A DNA stretch of 64,000 nt, taken from assembly GCA_002269645.1 (NCBI GenBank), contig NIVC01001808.1:130383-194382 (forward strand), in the 5' to 3' direction. Of this stretch, positions 53,810 to 64,000 are shown in pieces (position 1 is the stretch's first letter; every line of letters starts with the position of its first letter). This stretch comes from Macrostomum lignano. Taxonomy: Eukaryota. Made by a program: the position numbers and the translations under genes. A model generated the notes under the pieces. The model was not told the DNA's origin and did not search any database. It saw nothing but the letters and a program-made list of their open reading frames with translations.

Positions 53810-54905
53810 GTAGGTGGATTTTCACAATTTCTGTTAGCCGTTCTATTTAGAAGATCAACCCAACTGACTCCCGAGAATGTGCTTTTAAGAATTAAATAAG
53901 CCTTATGCATGTAAGCTCAAAGTTATCAACTCTCTCACCGGCTTCTGATGCGAGACAGCACGTCCAACGTACCAAAAGAAAACCCGCCGAGTGGATTATT
54001 CATGACTGCAGATGCTAAAAGTATTTCAGTATTGCGTCTTGAGTGTTTCTGGTTTTCATGTTCGAAAACCTTACTGGGACTACTGTGTTACAGTGTGCTT
54101 TGCAATATTTCAGGCAAAATTCTATGGCTCAACTTCCCTTTTCCTGTGTACACGTAGAGAATTTTTATACAAAATACGAGCATAAAATGTTCAATAGTAA
54201 GTTTGTAAAAAATGACCTTTTAATGTCGCTTGTTATAAGTAATAAATACGTTCGCAGGCAGCATACCACCCAATAATGCGTTTTCACTGCTCTTCAAGCA
54301 ATACTCCTACACTTTACTGTATATATACATAGACGGCACTTTACCTTAGTAAAGTCGACCCCCTCAAATAAAAACGACTTGTTATAATTACGAGTATTTC
54401 AAACGAAGAAATAAAGAAGACTGCCTGATAGTCCCTTTGACATTCTCTGCGTCTGGCTTACAACGATCGTAGCAAAATAGTTGGTTTAACAAGTTTTCCT
54501 CTTGCTTAACAAGTAGAAAGCTGCGCTGCCAGCATATTCGACGTGACTGTGTGCTCGAAATGCTTTGAGTGAGTAAACCAAGCGAGAGTGACAAAGAGAG
54601 AACGGGCGAATGTAAGCAAATGACGGGCTTAGCAAACAATTCACTGTTCAACTGCCATGAGCTGCGCCACTCTAGGCGCATTCGTACATGTGGGCGCTTG
54701 CGCTCGGCTAAAGCTGACTTCTATAGTGCATCCTAACTTCCATCTAGCCCACTCTCCTCATATTATTTCCACCTGGACTCGAGACAGCCAAGCCAAGGCC
54801 TGCTGCTGCCAGTCTCAACTCCCGGGGCAACTAGGCGAATCCTGCCAAAGTAGAAAAAAAAATTGGCATCAAGGAGCTAAACCCGCAGCGCGGCTAGAAT
54901 AGTCG

Positions 54906-55041
54906 ATGGCTGCCGAGGCGACGGATGCGGCTTTGAGTCATCAAAGGCGCCGAGCATCAGCGCTGGTGCAGCCGCCACAAGCGGCAGGTCGCGGCAGAGT
55001 TGACATCAAAAGTCGCGACGGCGTGAGAAATTCACTTCGTG
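54906..55041 (+). CDS. Candidate nesprin alternative first exon a (45 aa, ...GVRNSLR)
   Basis: ATG, open frame, phase-1 donor G|GTGAGG giving SLR|DEQER. Confidence 0.55.
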
Positions 55042-55991
55042 GTGAGGCGACGAAGCGTAACCAAGTTTGCCCGTAGCAACTAAAATAGGTATAATTTTGC
55101 ATCGAGCAGTTATATTACTCAGACCGGAGACTCTAGAAAAATTGCAGGCAGTTATTCAGTCAATTTGTTGTTTTTCACTGGGGTTTTCAACTTCTTTTGA
55201 ATTGATTCACTTCGCCAATCACTCCGACAGCATGCTTTCAGACCAGAACTTCCTTTTTCCCATTTTTACGATCCAATGGCATTACGCCGTAAAAAGATAG
55301 GCTACAGTGGACGCCCATGAAACTGTATATGGAAAATATTTTTACTGCAACTTTATGACATTTGCATTGGGTGTTGCATTGTTTAGAATAATTAGCCGTA
55401 TGACAACTGAGGCATGAGGTGGATCCCCTGCCTACGCATGCCTAGTGCAGCTCAGGTCACGCTGAGGATGAAAAATCCTCGCGTACACCTGCCGTTTCCT
55501 GGTTCTCAACAGCCTCTGCAGTCCCATCCAATAAGGCATGGTGGTTGCCGGCAAGGGGACAATAACGTGCATTCTTTTTGGAAGCAATCGAAACAAAAAT
55601 CCAGCTCTCCCGTTTCCTATTTGATTGTTTTTTTACAATCCCCTCCCCTCTAGCTGAGGATGATGCATTGCTCAGCATCCCCGCTGCTCTTCAGTCAATG
55701 AAAAACGCCTTGGTTTAGCGCATCTTCCTTCCTCATCAATCCTAACCAATCCCATCATCCCGCACGCTCGGCTCAGCGCACCTCAGCTTACTCGCTTTGA
55801 TAGAAAAGGAAAGGCAAAGCGAAAGAACCATTGAAATGAAGTTATAGACGCTCTGGGATGCTATTGCTTCTGCAGTTCATTTATTGAGTTATCCGCCATC
55901 CCGGAAGTCCCACCGGTTGAGCGGGAAGTGCAGCCTGGCTGGATGAGCGGCTAACAACGTCGGTTATCGAATTCGGGCAGCCTCTGCAAGG

Positions 55992-56025
55992 ATGAACATC
56001 GGGCTGACTGTCTGGAAGCTTAAGA
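55992..56025 (+). CDS. Candidate nesprin alternative first exon b (MNIGLTVWKLK)
   Basis: Phase-1 consensus donor A|GTGAGT giving KLK|NEQER. Confidence 0.55.
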
Positions 56026-56169
56026 GTGAGTTTTATTTACAATTTGTAGTTGAGACCGAGACAACATTCTCTGTATCCTAGTTCTGTGGGTCGGCAACCA
56101 TTTGAACCTTAAGGGCAGACAATTCAGCTTATGGCTGCTGGTCAGCGCTGGTAGTCAGAGTATGTAGGA

Positions 56170-56340
56170 AAACAGATTAGAGGTGAGAGATGATGATAGA
56201 GAAGAGAAGGGAGAATAGAGGAGAGAAGAGAGAAGTGAGAGAAGAGGAGAGGAGAAGGGAGAGAAGAAGAGAAGAGAAGAGGGAGGAGAGGAGAAGAGGG
56301 AGAGGAGAGAGGAGGAGAGAGGAGAAGAGCGAATGAAAAA
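56170..56340 (+). repeat. GA-rich polypurine tract
   Basis: Direct reading. Confidence 0.85.
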
Positions 56341-56989
56341 AGATTAGGAAAGTTCGGGAGGACAGAGCAGGGCGGAGCAAGTGACACAAGTGAGCATGCT
56401 TTTTAAAGGAGTTTGCCGACCTTTGCATCCGTCAATTTGCTCTGAAGGTGGCTATTGTATGTGTAAGCGGTATACTGACTCAATAAACCGGGCGGGGCAT
56501 TTGGTGTTTACTATTAACGTTGTATTGAACTGCAGAACTAAATTAATATTCTTGGTTTATGCTTTAGAAGATTTAAAAAGGGTGCTGTAAGATGGCTGTC
56601 AGCTCCACCTTGTTATTGGGAGGAGTCGTATAGCGCAGAATCGAGGGCTGAATTATCCAGCTACGGCTTTAGATTTTGTGTTGAGCCTGAACGGAGAGAA
56701 GACAGATGGCAATTTTTTGCTAAGGAAAGGAAAGAGAAGGCGTCGCCATTACCAGTTTATCAATGATGCGCATGAAATTCTATACCAATACCCGTCCTTT
56801 TCATGAGATGCTGCAAGTTCCTTGCATGGAATCGGCAGGATCCAGAGACAGAAATTTGCGAGACAAATGCAGCCACATAAGAAAGAGAAATAGCTGAATG
56901 GGGTGTATGAAACTTGCGAGACGGAAGCAAAAAGCGTCCTTAGCTCACTTTTTCTGGCTTTTTGGCAGCCTCATCAGGTTTAGGAATCT

Positions 56990-58130
56990 GAAAGATTTGG
57001 CATATTGTGAAGGATTTGGTATATTGTGAAGGATTTGGTATATTGTGAAGGATTTGGTATATTGTGAAGGATTTTGTATATTTGTGAAGGATTTGGTATA
57101 ATGTGAAAGATTTGGTATAATGTGAAGGATTTGGTATATTGTGAAGGATTTTGTATATTTGTGAAGGATTTGGTATAATGTGAAGGATTTGGTATAATGT
57201 GAAGGATTTGGTATAATGTGAAGGATTTGGTATATTGTGAAGGATTTTGTATATTTGTGAAGGATTTGGTATAATGTGAAGGATTTGGTATAATGTGAAG
57301 GATTTGGTATATTGTGAAGGATTTTGTGTATTTGTGAAGGATTTGGTATATTGTGAAGGATTTTGTATATTTGTGAAGGATTTGGTATATTGTAAAGGAT
57401 TTGGTATATTGTGAAGGATTTGGTATATTGTGAAAGATTTGGTATATTGTGAAGGATTTGGTGTATTGTGAAGGATTTGGTATATTGTGAAGGATTTTGT
57501 ATATTGTGAAGGATTTTGTATATTGTGAAGGATTTGGCATATTGTGAAAGATTTGGTATATTGTGAAGGATTTGGTATATTGTGAAGGATTTGGTATATT
57601 GTGAAGGATTTGGTATATTGTGAAGGATTTGGTATATTGTGAAGGATTTGGTATATTGTGAAAGATTTGGTATATTGTGAAGGATTTGGTATATTGTGAA
57701 GGATTTGGTATATTGTGAAGGATTTTGTATATTGTGAAGGATTTTGTATATTGTGAAGGATTTTGTATATTGTGAAAGATTTGGTATATTGTGAAGGATT
57801 TGGTATATTGTGAAGGATTTTGTATATTGTGAAGGATTTTGTATATTGTGAAGGATTTGGTATATTGTGAAGGATTTGGTATATTGTGAAGGATTTGGTA
57901 TATTGTGAAGGATTTGGTATATTGTGAAGGATTTGGTATATTGTGAAGGATTTGGTATATTGGGAAGGATTTGGTATATTGTGAAGGATTTGGTATATTG
58001 TGAAGGATTTGGTATATTGTGAAGGATTTGGTATATTGTGAAGGATTTTGTATATTGTGAAGGATTTGGTATATTGTGAAAGATTTGGTATATTGGGAAG
58101 GATTTGGTATATTGGGAAGGATTTGGGTAG
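56990..58130 (+). repeat. 19-bp minisatellite (TGTGAAGGATTTGGTATAT), ~60 units
   Basis: Direct reading. Confidence 0.96.
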
Positions 58131-59080
58131 TTCAGAAGATTTTGGAGTCCACTTTAAAGTAGCTTGAGCGCTTCTAAGCAGAAGATCAGTTTAGACAGAC
58201 TGGGTGGAGCCAATCAGCTAGTGAGACTGCAGTGTTGAATGATGGCGATGCGCTCTCCCGACATTAATGAGCCTGCAATTTGGCTCGCGAATTTGAAATT
58301 GCCGTGCTTAAGCTCTCATTCATTGTGTAAAAAGGCATCATTTTTTGAGTAGCTTTTTTAAGGCCAATTTTATGGTTGATACGAAACGATTGAAGAAGTA
58401 CCTTAGTTACGAGCAAGAGGCTAGAGATAGGTAAAGAGATCAAGGTATTCTATACCCTATCCCGCTTTATCTTTTGTATATGGGATTCATCAACCCTGTT
58501 ACTTCGGTTCTGGCAAACTCTGCACTAAGCAGGAGATGCTGAACTGCCAATGAAACTGGATCACCTCTTCTTCATCTCGTCCCCCCTCTCTCTCTCAATC
58601 TTCCTGCGAAAGCCGCTTTCAACCGGGCAATTGCATAGCGACCCATTCACCCACCCAGTTTATACTTCCGGCCGCATCTCTCAGCCGCCTCCCCTAACTG
58701 AGCTGGCGCAAAATTGCTTTCAACAGCTGAGATCGGGGCGGCCATGAACTGACAGAGAGCTGAGATATAGAGACCTGGGCACTTTGGTTTGGCAAGAGAG
58801 AGAGAGAGAGAGAGAGAGACAGCGAGCAGTGACTGCGGTTGCTAAACGAAGGAAGAAAATCAGAATTGCAAATCAACTTGCCAAGCTTTTGGCACATCTG
58901 CTGTGGCGTTTATATTGCCAACGTGTGTAAGCCATGACACAGGTGTGCCTAATTTCTGGCTCCGTTAGTTCGGTGTTGCCTGACAGTGTCTTGTCAAGCA
59001 AAAGTCAAGCACTCCGCAACTCATTGGGGAGTAAAATAGCGATCGATACCAGCTCAAGCTTGATCCCGGACACACCTGCC

Positions 59081-59159
59081 ATGCAGCCTCACTGGCTGGC
59101 TAAGCAGCAGCAAGAGGGCAGCACCAGCCTTGTTGAGGCCCGGGCGCTCTTCTACCGAG
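59081..59159 (+). CDS. Candidate nesprin alternative first exon c (MQPHW...ARALFYR)
   Basis: Phase-1 donor G|GTGAGA giving FYR|DEQER. Confidence 0.55.
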
Positions 59160-59589
59160 GTGAGACCGGGCAACAGTTGTTCAACTGCATGTCTCCATTA
59201 GAGGGCATTGCTGCAAATTCTAAATTTAAACTGACTTCTATGACAGCCAGATTAATAGTACATAGTTCGACCTGTCTCCGTGTATGAGCGACATGCTGTT
59301 TTAGCCGAAACGGAGGTTCAATTAAAAACGCAGGAAAATTCATGGCTGAAATTGACACGTGCAGTGTAGATAGCTCGTTAAGTAGTTAGTTAGCAAGATT
59401 GCACCTTATCTATAGATTTCTGATCCAAACTAGACCTTTCGGTCAGTGGAAAGATAAAAGAATGTATATAAAATAGTAGGGTTAAATCAAAAATTAAAAA
59501 GAAACGACGTCTCAGCAAAGCGACTGAGTACGAGGGGCTTAGTACTAGCTATACGTATACAACATACCATACAATTGACTGGTGAAAGC

Positions 59590-59722
59590 ATGGCAGACAA
59601 TGAAGCTAACAGTTCAATTAGCAAAGAATCGCCTGAATCTCAAGATGCAGCAGCTAGCCAGAGCTGCACCAGTGCAGAGCCCAGGCGGAGCATTTTCGGG
59701 GAGAGAATTCTCGGCTTTAAAG
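59590..59722 (+). CDS. Candidate nesprin alternative first exon d (MADNE...ERILGFK)
   Basis: Phase-1 donor G|GTGAGA giving GFK|DEQER. Confidence 0.65.
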
Positions 59723-60116
59723 GTGAGAAAAAGATTTGGGATTTCGAGCAGAACTGCTACTAGTTGGGACTTTTTCGGCCCTGCTGTCTTCCTTACGTAT
59801 TTATTCACCCGCCTCTGATTCACCGCCCGGCAAAGCCAGCCATGCGGCCAGTCACTTCCAAACTCATCAAGTGCATCGAGGATTAATTATGCAGCATTTG
59901 GTGAGCACGTCACAATCCTTATACCGTACACCCGCACTGTCCAAAAACCCTGTACCGGACTGCCGCAGAATTAGAATGAAAGCGCGCGTTAGAACTGAGA
60001 AAGAGACATGCAGTGAAGAGAAAGGGAAAGAACTGAAGAGGCGTTGGTGTGAGTCGTAGTCAATGGTTGAAGGCTTCTGAGTCCGGAAGGCAAAATTCTA
60101 TGCCGCAAAAGAGGAA

Positions 60117-60651
60117 ATGACGCAACAACACAGACATGAGCGCCAACGTCCGCGAAGTAGATCGCTCGCTGAGCCCGTTGCCGAGCCCGCTGAGTCAAAT
60201 GCCCCCGTCAGCAGAGTCCTGGGTCGGTCTGCGGATGGCCGCACCGGGCTGGCCCTGTTCCAGGCCAGCTGGCTCAATGCCTTCGCGTGGGACGACACTC
60301 GGCGGCAGCATCGCCAAGAGTCAGATCACAGCCAGGAGCTGCTGACGCAACGTTCGCAGGAATCTCTTGCCGATTCTGACTCCATCGCTTTGGAGCTGTT
60401 TGACTTCCCCGAAGACGCGAGTCCTGCGGTAGCCGATGCCGATGAGGGCAAACATCGGGCAGAGTCTCAGTGGATTCTTCGACCGTCATTGGCGATGTCG
60501 CAGGTCAAGCTGCAACCAATGACACCGGTTAGCAAGGCTGTCCCTAAAGTAACGACGTCAGAGAATGCCTCAGAGGTTGCAGCCAACAGTTCGGATGCAG
60601 ACGGAGTCGACATCACGGATGTGATCGATGCAGCTATTGTTATTTTCCGGT
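60117..60651 (+). CDS. Candidate nesprin alternative first exon e (178 aa, ...DVIDAAIVIFR)
   Basis: Long ORF, phase-1 donor T|GTAAGA giving IFR|YEQER. Parallels the recalled plectin AERAVIRIA|DERDRVQKK junction. Confidence 0.65.
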
Positions 60652-61417
60652 GTAAGAAGGTTCATCGGCAGGATTTTTCGACTCTCTATTAAATACATAT
60701 ATAGTTGCTTAAGGTCTTATAGACCCTACTAAAAAGTGTCAGAATGTAAAATTTGATTATGTAATCCCCTTAGCCTCTCTGATGACTCGAAGAGTGTGCA
60801 CCGAGTGACCTTTACGACTAGTGAATTATAGATAAACATTTTCTGAAGAAATGTAAGTTTTGTATTAAAAAGTATGCTTAAATGATGAAAGAATATACTT
60901 TGTATTAAGTTCGAAGTGTAATGAAGACTGCCCTAATGAATATCGAATTAGAATTTGTGATGTTAAGAGTGAGCCAACCTTCCCCAGCAATTCGCTTTGC
61001 TCTTTCGCCCTGACCCGAATCTCTATCCACTCAGGTACTCTGCACAAATTAATAAATGAACGGGTTTGCGGCATTTTATTTGACAGTTTGTTGCCTTTTC
61101 TACTATGGGGAGGCTGCACTGCGGCCGAGCTGCTCACTGGATGGACCGTCTTGTCTTCTTTTGCTTTGCACCCTCCCCCTCGCTTGCTTTTAAAACTTTT
61201 GTTGTTATTGAATTAGAGTAAGCGACACCGAGAGGCCCCCGAGCTTCCGTAGCGGTTTCTCGCCCTCTCTCCGGATTTTATTTGTCTAACATTTTCTTGG
61301 AATTCGAATCTCCAAGCAACAGCTTATCAGGCACTTTAAAGACACAATTTTCCCAATTAATTTGCCTATTTCTTGACTTGAAGGGCCTTAAGAAAGGCCC
61401 AGCTCAGCTGCTCAGAC

Positions 61418-61460
61418 ATGAGGCGATCAAGCCTTATGACCAATGTGAAGAGTTTAAGAG
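61418..61460 (+). CDS. Candidate nesprin alternative first exon f (MRRSSLMTNVKSLR)
   Basis: Phase-1 donor G|GTATCA (weak) and a 74-nt intron, giving KSLR|DEQER. Confidence 0.55.
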
Positions 61461-61534
61461 GTATCAACTTATACTCAATTGCAAATTTAATGTGGCATGT
61501 CCTCCAATTCTGCCAACACCCAAAATCATTCCAG

Positions 61535-63553
61535 ATGAGCAGGAACGAGTTCAGAAGAAGACATTCACCAACTGGGTTAACACCTATCTCATCACTTGCC
61601 AGCCGCCCTGCAAGATCAGCGATCTGTTCACGGAGATCAAGGATGGCACCAGGCTGCTATTACTGCTGGAGGTGCTGTCTGGCAACAAGCTGCAGAAGGA
61701 GAACCGGGGCAATATGCAGCGGGTGCATTGCCTCAGCAATGTCAGAACTGCGCTTAGCTTCCTAGAGTCCAAGCAGGTGAGGCAGATTTGAGGCAGAGCC
61801 ATTCCTCAGCTAACTGCGTGAATTCCAAACTGATGGGTGCTCACAATCTGAGCAGGGTATACTCCAAAATAAAGAAATGAGCAGAGTAGAAGAGGCTTGG
61901 GCTTTCTGAGGTCCAATGAGTACCTATGCCCCCATACCTGCCCCGGCTCAATGGAGTAGGGACTCATTCTAGTTGCCTTGGCCCGTTGGGCTTGTTTGCT
62001 TAGAGCAAGTGAGCTCCTCTGCAGACCCCTTCAAGAAGAAAACAGACGGGCGACGAGAAGAGCAACAATAAGTGTATTATCTTCTGCCCTTCCTAAACTG
62101 GCAAGTTCAACCGATGCTAATCTTGCAGCTCGTTTGCCACACTGCGGCGTCATTTTAGTAGCCCATTTCCACTGCGGGTTTTACAAACTGCATGGTCTAA
62201 GCGGTATCAGGGGGCAGGGTTGAGCTATGCGGCGAAACTCGCTACGTCACGTCAGATGGCTCTACGCGCCTAGTGGCGTGGGCAGAGATATTGCTAGAGC
62301 TCAAGCAAAGTGCATCTCGTATGCCAGCGTGGTCTCTGCTCTCTCCGCAGTGAGACTTGGTAGTGAGACTGTTTCGGTCGCTCACACTTCTGTCTGAAAA
62401 GAATGTGCCCCAGAAAAGGAGCGCGCAATATACCTCAACATGCCTCTGGTTTTTGGCCCTAGTCGCCTCAGCCAAGGGCAGAAAGGGCGAATGGGATGCA
62501 ACTTTTCGTTAAAGTTTACTTAAAATATGAACACTATGATAGGAAGAGAAGGGATTCTAAGACAATAGCATCTTTGGATGCCACACTTTGAAGTCTTAAG
62601 GGCTTTTATCGAAAGTTTTCAATGGGTTACAACTATACAAACAAACAAACTGCTGAGACTACAATCTCACACAAATTCTCCCCTCAGATCAAACTGGTCA
62701 ACATCAACCCTGCCGACATTGTGGACGGCAAGCCAACCATCGTCCTTGGTCTCATGTGGACTATTATCTTGTACTTCCAGGTAATTGAAATTGTTATTTT
62801 TTATATTTAATGCAAACGTTCCCCAGAATCTACGCCCCAATTAGGAAGGCAACACAGAAAAAAAATTTGAATAAACTACATGCAGGTTTTGACCTTGTGC
62901 AGTCACTATTGTTACGATCCTGAAATATGATGTTTAAAGCAAAACGCATCAGCCCTGAAAGCTATCAGGCCTAAGATATCAGCATCCTTTGATCTTCGGC
63001 ATCAAAGCCCCCCTTTAGTCATGGCTTAACCCTAACGCTCTCTTTGATGCTTGGCCTACCAACAACTCCCAATTGACCCTTGGCATCTGAGCAACATCTC
63101 AAATTCCCCCATGAGCCTTGATATCACAGCAATTCTCCTCAAGAGTCACAGCACTTCAAAAATCCACGCATGACTCATGCCATGAAGCCATGGAGTAAAG
63201 CTACACGTATTCCGTGTCAAAAAACTCGCAGATCGAGGAGCAGGAGGACATGATTCGCAAGAGCCTGGAAGGCACAGAGCTCGCAGAGAGAGGCGAGCTG
63301 TTCAAAGGCTCGGCTAAGAAGGCCCTTCTAGCCTGGGCGCAGAACAATCTGGGCGACAAGTACGACGTCGATTTGAAAGACTTCGGCAGCAGCTGGCGCG
63401 ATGGAGCCGCATTCAACGCCATGGTGCACAACATCGACCCCAGCCTGGTTGACATGGACGCCTTGCGGAGCCGATCGAATAGGGAAAACCTGGAAGCCGC
63501 GTTTCAGGCGGCAGAGAACGGTCTCAATATTCCGCGGCTGTTGGACGCCGAGG
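61535..63553 (+). CDS. SYNE1: Nesprin (SYNE1/MSP-300/ANC-1-like) N-terminal tandem calponin-homology actin-binding domain. Common exons 61535-61776, 62688-62780, 63232-63553; continues beyond the window
   Basis: EQERVQKKTFTNWVN...LLEVLSG...IKLVNINPADIVDGKPTIVLGLMWTIILYFQ|IEE...SAKKALLAW...DFGSSWRDG...RSNRENLEAAF...IPRLLDAE. The MWTIILYFQIEE, AKKALL and RSNRENLE motifs are nesprin-1-like rather than spectrin-, actinin- or plectin-like. Confidence 0.85.
62826..63180 (+). mobile_element. Diverged fragment of the 43.9-49.5 kb composite repeat family in a nesprin intron
   Basis: AATCTACGCCCC...TTTGAATAAACTACAT, CTTAACCCTAAC and GAGCCTTGATATCACAGCAATTC are shared with 43935-44700 and 47530. Confidence 0.55.
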
Positions 63554-64000
63554 GTGAGAAAGTTTTCAGAGATGTGGTTTTGCTAGCTTGGTAAAAAGTG
63601 CGTGCAGCGTATCCGAGTTTGAATCACAGTGGGGCAGAACTGGTCGAAAACCCGAAACTATCCGGATTGAAAGCTGTTGGAGTGAGATGAACAGGTGTGG
63701 TAGCTGCGTCGCTTAAATGAGTTGCTAAAATTATTGTTGCAAAGAGTGCCAATACCTAAAAAATAATACCGATAAAAGGCCAAAAAGCTGAGTCAATAAA
63801 CATACCCAATCCATGTGATCTCTAATACAAAAAAGTAAATTTGTGCATTAAAAGTCCACCAAAATCCTTTATAAATGATAGTTTATCATTGGTGACTTGG
63901 CGGCCTTTCTTTGATGGATGTTTTTTTGTTCACTCATGCAATACGATTATTAGGGTTAGGCGTGAAGTTCTTGCAACCAGTGATAAGTGTTCATGTATAT

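Noticed and set aside
55414-55455. A further nesprin first exon (MRWIPCLRMPSAAQ|GTCACG); also MQHL|GTGAGC near 59890
   Set aside because: The donors are phase 0, incompatible with the phase-1 acceptor at 61535.
56980-57540. 186-aa repetitive ORF
   Set aside because: Translation of the 19-bp satellite.
61282-61534. Upstream in-frame extension of the nesprin CH1 exon
   Set aside because: Lacks an ATG start and overlaps a better-supported exon plus intron; probably chance read-through.

Overview
Eukaryotic (metazoan) genomic DNA with GC-rich exons and introns loaded with mini- and microsatellites and transposons. The style is reminiscent of the flatworm Macrostomum, but that is an inference. 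Six intron-containing genes can be rebuilt by hand from splice sites and reading phase: (1) an EFCAB14/KIAA0494-like type II membrane coiled-coil gene (+, 239-1723); (2) a phospholipid scramblase (-, 3649-5881) whose central exon lies on the opposite strand between two inverted minisatellite arrays; (3) a ~3,040-aa, ~25-repeat non-classical cadherin (+, 6574-19894) with one apparent 1-nt frameshift; (4) a CCDC15-like gene (-); (5) CCAR1/DBC1 (-, 9 exons), carrying a very young full-length Ty3/Gypsy LTR element next to a splice acceptor; (6) the 5' end of a nesprin (SYNE1/MSP-300-like) gene with six candidate alternative phase-1 first exons. Mobile DNA also includes three copies of a tRNA-derived SINE, a P-element-like derivative, a decayed mariner interrupted by a hAT-like MITE, a tandem composite satellite-carrying element and foldback elements. 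One orphan ORF is present. There is no CRISPR array, rRNA or intact tRNA gene. The best leads are the strand-flipped scramblase exon, the nesprin first-exon array and a satellite amplified from a SINE head.
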